IMG/VR virus record: IMGVR_UViG_3300030329_000227
Location: 1-26,448 of that record
From: a virus
Direction: 5' to 3' (one strand)
Length of the DNA stretch: 26,448 nt
Shown: positions 22,950-26,448 of the stretch, in pieces
Numbering within the stretch: position 1 is the first letter of the stretch
Layout of the letters: every line of letters begins with the position of its first letter
Program-made: the position numbers and the translations under genes
Notes under the pieces: generated by a model
What the model was told of the DNA's origin: nothing
The model's database searches: none
The model's input: only the letters and a program-made list of their open reading frames with translations

Positions 22950-24409
22950 TATGAATTTGTATTTATAGGATTTGCGTATTCTATATTAATAGTATATTGT
23001 ATTAAGTTGTCATTAGCCACAGTCTTTTTAACAAAACTAGAATCTGTAATTATTACACCCTCTGTAAAATCTGTATCTGCATTTTCAACAATTTGAGCAT
23101 CTGTTGACATTAATAGCTTTTCAATTAATACTCCTTGTGCTTCTGTAATCCAATCTGTATTTAATGTTTCTTTTAATGTAGCTGTTGTTTGTCTAGTTGT
23201 TTTGCCTCTTTGAGTATTATTGTATCTCCATCTACTTTTATTAAATGTTCCTAGCATTGAGCTATAATTATCTCTTTTGATTTCTGTTGTTTGTGTAGAT
23301 TTCTTTTTAAAGTTAAAATAGTCATAACCACCCACAGAATTACGCCACGCTAAACGCCTCACTTTAAATCCTTTACAGCTACCATCTTCTTTTATAAAGT
23401 AATATGTTGCTGTCTTATAAGCAATAGTACCTGAATCATTGCCTGTGCCTCTTATAGTATAATACGCCCACCCTGAATTACCTGAAGGTCTTGCAGCTGT
23501 TTCATCACTTTGTGCTTCTAAGTTACCTGCACCACAACCAAAATATAATAATCTACTAGCATCAGCTAGTGAGCCATCATTAGGTGGTAAACCACCATTA
23601 GCTGAGATATTATCTATATAGTATTTACTGTTTATAAGTGATCCTGCTGAATTGTAATAAGCAATTTCAATATGGTCAATATCACTAGCAAAATTTGTAA
23701 AATCATTTAAGAAAGCTACAGTATGATAATCTGTGTCTTGTATATAGTTAATATAACCGCTTAAATTATATTCACCTGAATCAGTTTGTAAATCACTTAA
23801 AAATTTATCTGTAGCACTTGAACCATTATATACCTTAAAAGCATCAGATTGCACATAATCTGCACTAGAACTCCTTGCTGTCATTAAAGGCAATGAAGCC
23901 TCTAAATAATGCAAAGTGTCATTAACACTAGGAGTTTCATCTTCAGCAGGTATTGCTCCTGCTGTTGAACTATATTCTTGATATGCTTTTACAAAAATAG
24001 TTTGTATTTGTGTGCCATCAGTTGTATTATCACCATTAAGACTAAATGGTTTTGCTGCTGTATTTACACCTACTTTATGTATTGTTCTAAATGGTTGACC
24101 TGTATCGTTTTGGTCAAATACTGTAGGTGTTAAAACACTATTAACAATATCTCTTAAATCAAAATATGCTCTAGCTTTATTTGTGTTTACATCTACGCTG
24201 TAGCCATTTCTACGTTGTTTAATCTTTCCAATTAATGTGCCTGAAGCATCATCTAATCTAACCTCTAAAATAAGTTTAAAATAAAACAAACCACTTATAT
24301 CGTCTTGATAAACCATATAACCAATTAAAGGTGTCCAATTAGTTATGACAGGTGCTTTTGATGTTGTGTTTATTGGTTCTTGTACAAATGATATGTTTCC
24401 TAATGCCAT
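22949..24409 (-). CDS. virion structural protein (tail-associated, function unknown)
   Basis: A 486-aa ORF coupled by a 1-nt overlap to the 1157-aa gene. Confidence 0.55.
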   Translation of the reverse strand: MALGNISFVQEPINTTSKAPVITNWTPLIGYMVYQDDISGLFYFKLILEVRLDDASGTLIGKIKQRRNGYSVDVNTNKARAYFDLRDIVNSVLTPTVFDQNDTGQPFRTIHKVGVNTAAKPFSLNGDNTTDGTQIQTIFVKAYQEYSSTAGAIPAEDETPSVNDTLHYLEASLPLMTARSSSADYVQSDAFKVYNGSSATDKFLSDLQTDSGEYNLSGYINYIQDTDYHTVAFLNDFTNFASDIDHIEIAYYNSAGSLINSKYYIDNISANGGLPPNDGSLADASRLLYFGCGAGNLEAQSDETAARPSGNSGWAYYTIRGTGNDSGTIAYKTATYYFIKEDGSCKGFKVRRLAWRNSVGGYDYFNFKKKSTQTTEIKRDNYSSMLGTFNKSRWRYNNTQRGKTTRQTTATLKETLNTDWITEAQGVLIEKLLMSTDAQIVENADTDFTEGVIITDSSFVKKTVANDNLIQYTINIEYANPINTNS

Positions 24410-24434
24410 TTTGTTATTTTTTTATATTTTATTG

Positions 24435-24995
24435 TTATATTAAATTCATGTCTTTTAAATCACTATCTAAGTGTCTTTCTATATCATCTGCAAATGCTCT
24501 AGTAATTACATCCTCGTCTATCTCTTGCTCATAAGGTCTACTAAAAAACTGAGTTCTTTCTAATCCTCTTTGTGCTATTGCCCTACCTATTACAAATGAA
24601 GCACTATCTATATTTGCTTTTGTTTTAGCTAAGAATTTGCCATCAACACCTCTTAGCCTTAAAGGTTTATTTTGAATCCATTTAGCAACAACTCCTTTCT
24701 TAATGTTTTGCTTTTTAAACTTAAATGGACTTCCTTTACCTCTAGCACGTCCACTACCTTTAAAACCTCCTGATCCTCTTACTCCTTCATCTACAAATTG
24801 CCAATACTTTTTAGCTTTACCAAACACAAATTCTAACGTAACACCTCTAGCATCTTTTTTTACATTGTAATTAAATCCTTTATATAGACCTTTGCTTTTA
24901 GTTAATTTCTTTTTTCTTTTAAGGATTCTCTTTCCTTTACGGACTACATCAAAACCCATACTTTGCATTGCTTGTATTGTTCTAGGAAAATCCAT
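24435..24995 (-). CDS. HK97 gp10-like neck/tail-completion protein (basic)
   Basis: LEFVFGKAKKYWQFVDEGVRGSGG... resembles the gp10-family YA-x-x-VE-x-G core. The protein is very Lys/Arg/Gly-rich. Confidence 0.4.
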   Translation of the reverse strand: MDFPRTIQAMQSMGFDVVRKGKRILKRKKKLTKSKGLYKGFNYNVKKDARGVTLEFVFGKAKKYWQFVDEGVRGSGGFKGSGRARGKGSPFKFKKQNIKKGVVAKWIQNKPLRLRGVDGKFLAKTKANIDSASFVIGRAIAQRGLERTQFFSRPYEQEIDEDVITRAFADDIERHLDSDLKDMNLI

Positions 24996-25486
24996 TAGCT
25001 ATTAGGGTCTACAGGTACTATACAAAGGTTATTAGGGTTGTTAACATCAACGCTTATTGTTGCTGACCACCCTGTCAAGATATTATCAAAACGTGCTGTA
25101 AATGGCTCTGCTGATATAGGAAGCTCTAACACCACTTCACCATCCACCCAAGATGTAGAGTATAAAGCGTGTTTAAATTCATTTATAACATCATGCAGTA
25201 TTTGTAGATTCTCAGAATATGTATCTACACGCGCTAATCTTTGCTTATTAGGTGCATCACCTACTTCATCATTAACCATGTCTAAGACATATAGTGTAAA
25301 AGAATAGGTCATCACTCCTGAATCAATAGTTACTTCTCCTGGCTCTGCATATAGTATAACATAGTCAGTAGCACCAAGTTTATTTATATCTACTTCATCA
25401 AGTTCACCACTATGAAAGCTGTTTATCATATAATGTTTATCTGCAATGGTTTCTAAATAACCTACTACGTTTCTAAAAGTTATCAT
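24995..25486 (-). CDS. virion structural protein (unknown role)
   Basis: A 163-aa ORF coupled to both neighbours. Confidence 0.55.
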   Translation of the reverse strand: MITFRNVVGYLETIADKHYMINSFHSGELDEVDINKLGATDYVILYAEPGEVTIDSGVMTYSFTLYVLDMVNDEVGDAPNKQRLARVDTYSENLQILHDVINEFKHALYSTSWVDGEVVLELPISAEPFTARFDNILTGWSATISVDVNNPNNLCIVPVDPNS

Positions 25487-26221
25487 AATTGTTTCTTTGT
25501 TTATTGCTGTAATCCTGTTTAAAAGATAAAAATGTTAATACCTCCATTACAGGCAATTCTGTTATTTTATTTATATTAAGTATGTTATCACCACACAAAG
25601 CATATAAAGTATTATACCACCCCCACTTGCTAGTCATTGTTACGCTTTTGGTTGTTTCTTTTCCTGTGCTTTCAAATAGCTGTGCGAACTGTGTGCTAAT
25701 TGTTCGCCTAAAGTCAAAAAAAAACCTAAGCAACATAAAGCTATATCCATTGGACAATCCTTAAATAAGTCCTCTTTAAACTCAGCAGGATCATAATTTT
25801 CAATAGCATATTTATTGCCACTTTTATTTGTTATTTTCCTATATAGTATTGACATAATAATATGCAAGTTCTTTATAGGTTCTTTGCAATACTCTTCAAG
25901 GTCTATATATTCACCTGTAGTTAGTTTGCTCAAATTAGGTATAAACCCATACTCTTCATTGTTAAACACAAAACGCTTTCTAAATTTAGTTTTATCTGGT
26001 TCTGTGTCAATCATCTTTTTAAGTATATTAAGAATATCTAGCATATCTGTATACTGCATCTTCTTAATTATCTCAGGACTTTCATTGCATAATAAAGATA
26101 ATATCTTTACTGTTTTGGTTTTTGTCCTTGCTTTACCTTCCTGTATTTCTACATATTTCTGATATGTTCCTATTGTTATATCACACCATTCAGAAGGTAT
26201 CCGTAGTTTAACCTCTTTCAT
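25473..26221 (-). CDS. predicted -1 frameshift fusion product (about 249 aa: residues 1-168 of the 193-aa ORF joined to the last 81 residues of the 94-aa ORF)
   Basis: The 94-aa ORF (25473..25757) is in the -1 frame relative to 25640..26221 (start offset 464 nt = 2 mod 3). The shared run GGT TTT TTT TTG gives the junction ...CCLGFF/FDFRRTIS.... Confidence 0.55.
25640..26221 (-). CDS. tail assembly chaperone-like protein (zero-frame product, 193 aa)
   Basis: The first gene after TerL. Its 3' end carries a U9 slippery run and overlaps a -1 frame ORF by 118 nt. The overall pattern (...TTGEYIDLEEY...ENYDP...CCLGFF) resembles siphophage chaperones as I recall them. Confidence 0.55.
   Translation of the reverse strand: MKEVKLRIPSEWCDITIGTYQKYVEIQEGKARTKTKTVKILSLLCNESPEIIKKMQYTDMLDILNILKKMIDTEPDKTKFRKRFVFNNEEYGFIPNLSKLTTGEYIDLEEYCKEPIKNLHIIMSILYRKITNKSGNKYAIENYDPAEFKEDLFKDCPMDIALCCLGFFLTLGEQLAHSSHSYLKAQEKKQPKA
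25684..25724 (-). promoter_or_regulatory. -1 programmed ribosomal frameshift signal: U9 slippery run plus downstream stem-loop
   Basis: An A9 run on the plus strand at 25716-25724 (U UUU UUU in the zero frame), an 8-nt spacer, then GCGAAC-(12 nt)-GTTCGC (25707-25684 on the minus strand). Confidence 0.55.
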
Positions 26222-26225
26222 TACA

Positions 26226-26253
26226 TATAAATATAAAAGTTTATAATTCGTTT
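26226..26253 (-). promoter_or_regulatory. conserved element AAAC-N12-TTTATATTTATA (copy 4)
   Basis: Minus strand: AAAAAC GAATTATAAACT TTTATATTTATA, then 4 nt to the ATG at 26221. It sits in the 36-nt gap after the TerL stop. Confidence 0.5.
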
Positions 26254-26257
26254 TTTA

Positions 26258-26448
26258 TTACAATATATAGTATTTACCACTATGATTTATAGATAGTTTA
26301 TTTAAACATAGATACCGCGTTGCGTCAATTAGATGGTCATTTACTTTAACAGGAGTATTTAAAACATCACCATTTTTATCAGTTGCCCATTTATAACCTC
26401 TAAATTCTTTTATTGCATTTAAACTATCTTTTGTTATGTTAAGTTTAT
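26258..26448 (-). CDS. terL: terminase large subunit, 3' portion (26382..26448 duplicates 1..67); stop TAA at 26260..26258
   Basis: Continuation of the frame reads ...EFRGYKWATDKNGDVLNTPVKVNDHLIDATRYLCLNKLSINHSGKYYIL*. DHLIDATRY is the typical C-terminal nuclease motif of PBSX/Terminase_3-like TerL. 1034 + 124 nt = 386 codons exactly. Confidence 0.85.
   Translation of the reverse strand, partial: KLNITKDSLNAIKEFRGYKWATDKNGDVLNTPVKVNDHLIDATRYLCLNKLSINHSGKYYIL
26382..26448. repeat. terminal direct repeat, copy 2 (identical to 1..67)
   Basis: Exact 67-nt identity with the window start, read directly from the sequence. Confidence 0.95.

Noticed and set aside
22570-26162. Plus-strand ORFs 22570..22752, 24352..24534, 25038..25307, 25582..25764 and 25815..26162
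   Set aside because: They are antisense to strongly supported structural genes, and none is preceded by a promoter-like sequence.
1-26448. Lysogeny functions, CRISPR arrays, transposases, tRNAs, or stop-codon recoding
   Set aside because: No integrase- or recombinase-like ORF was seen, and no spaced direct-repeat array or IS-like inverted repeats. All long ORFs are intact under the standard bacterial code, so there is no sign of TAG or TGA reassignment.

Overview
The window is a complete, circularly closed genome of about 26.38 kb from an AT-rich tailed dsDNA phage. Bases 1-67 are identical to 26382-26448, and the terminase large-subunit ORF is only continuous if these two copies are collapsed. 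Several features fit a Bacteroidota (Flavobacteriia-like) host: no Shine-Dalgarno sequences, a TTG-N18-TAnnTTTG promoter, exported proteins with SFGQ/AFSQ-type signal-peptide ends, and a DUF4373-type replication initiator. This host call is an inference.

Almost everything is on the minus strand as one long, tightly coupled gene train with many ATGA/TAATG overlaps. It starts at the divergent control region (about 5452-5615) and runs through the following modules:
- Early and replication genes: an XRE-type HTH protein, an OB-like protein, the DUF4373 initiator, a VRR-NUC nuclease and an ECF-like sigma factor.
- Packaging genes: HNH endonuclease, ParB-like protein, TerS and TerL, with TerL wrapping the contig ends.
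- Tail genes: a tail-assembly-chaperone-like pair with a -1 frameshift, neck and tail proteins, a 1157-aa tail protein and a tape-measure-like protein.
- Head genes: an XkdF-type protease, an acidic scaffold, the major capsid protein and a tail-tube-like protein.
- Portal region: a portal-MuF fusion, a connector-like protein and a fibre-like protein.
- An exported/membrane and lysis cassette, followed by a metallophosphoesterase.

A short plus-strand module of four small orphan genes (5616-6478) is the only opposing transcription unit. I saw no tRNA, CRISPR array, integrase or transposase.

The most notable points are:
1. An extended envelope/lysis cassette that encodes a secreted beta-barrel-like protein and a CXXC-less thioredoxin-fold protein.
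2. A bipartite AAAC-N12-TTTATATTTATA element found exactly four times just upstream of structural genes, in a genome that also encodes its own sigma-like factor.
3. A U9 slippery run plus hairpin joining two overlapping ORFs.
4. A metallophosphoesterase whose catalytic motifs I and II lie upstream of any canonical start codon.
5. A portal-MuF fusion with an A10 run at the domain junction.

All functional calls come from motif recognition and synteny by eye. No database searches were run.
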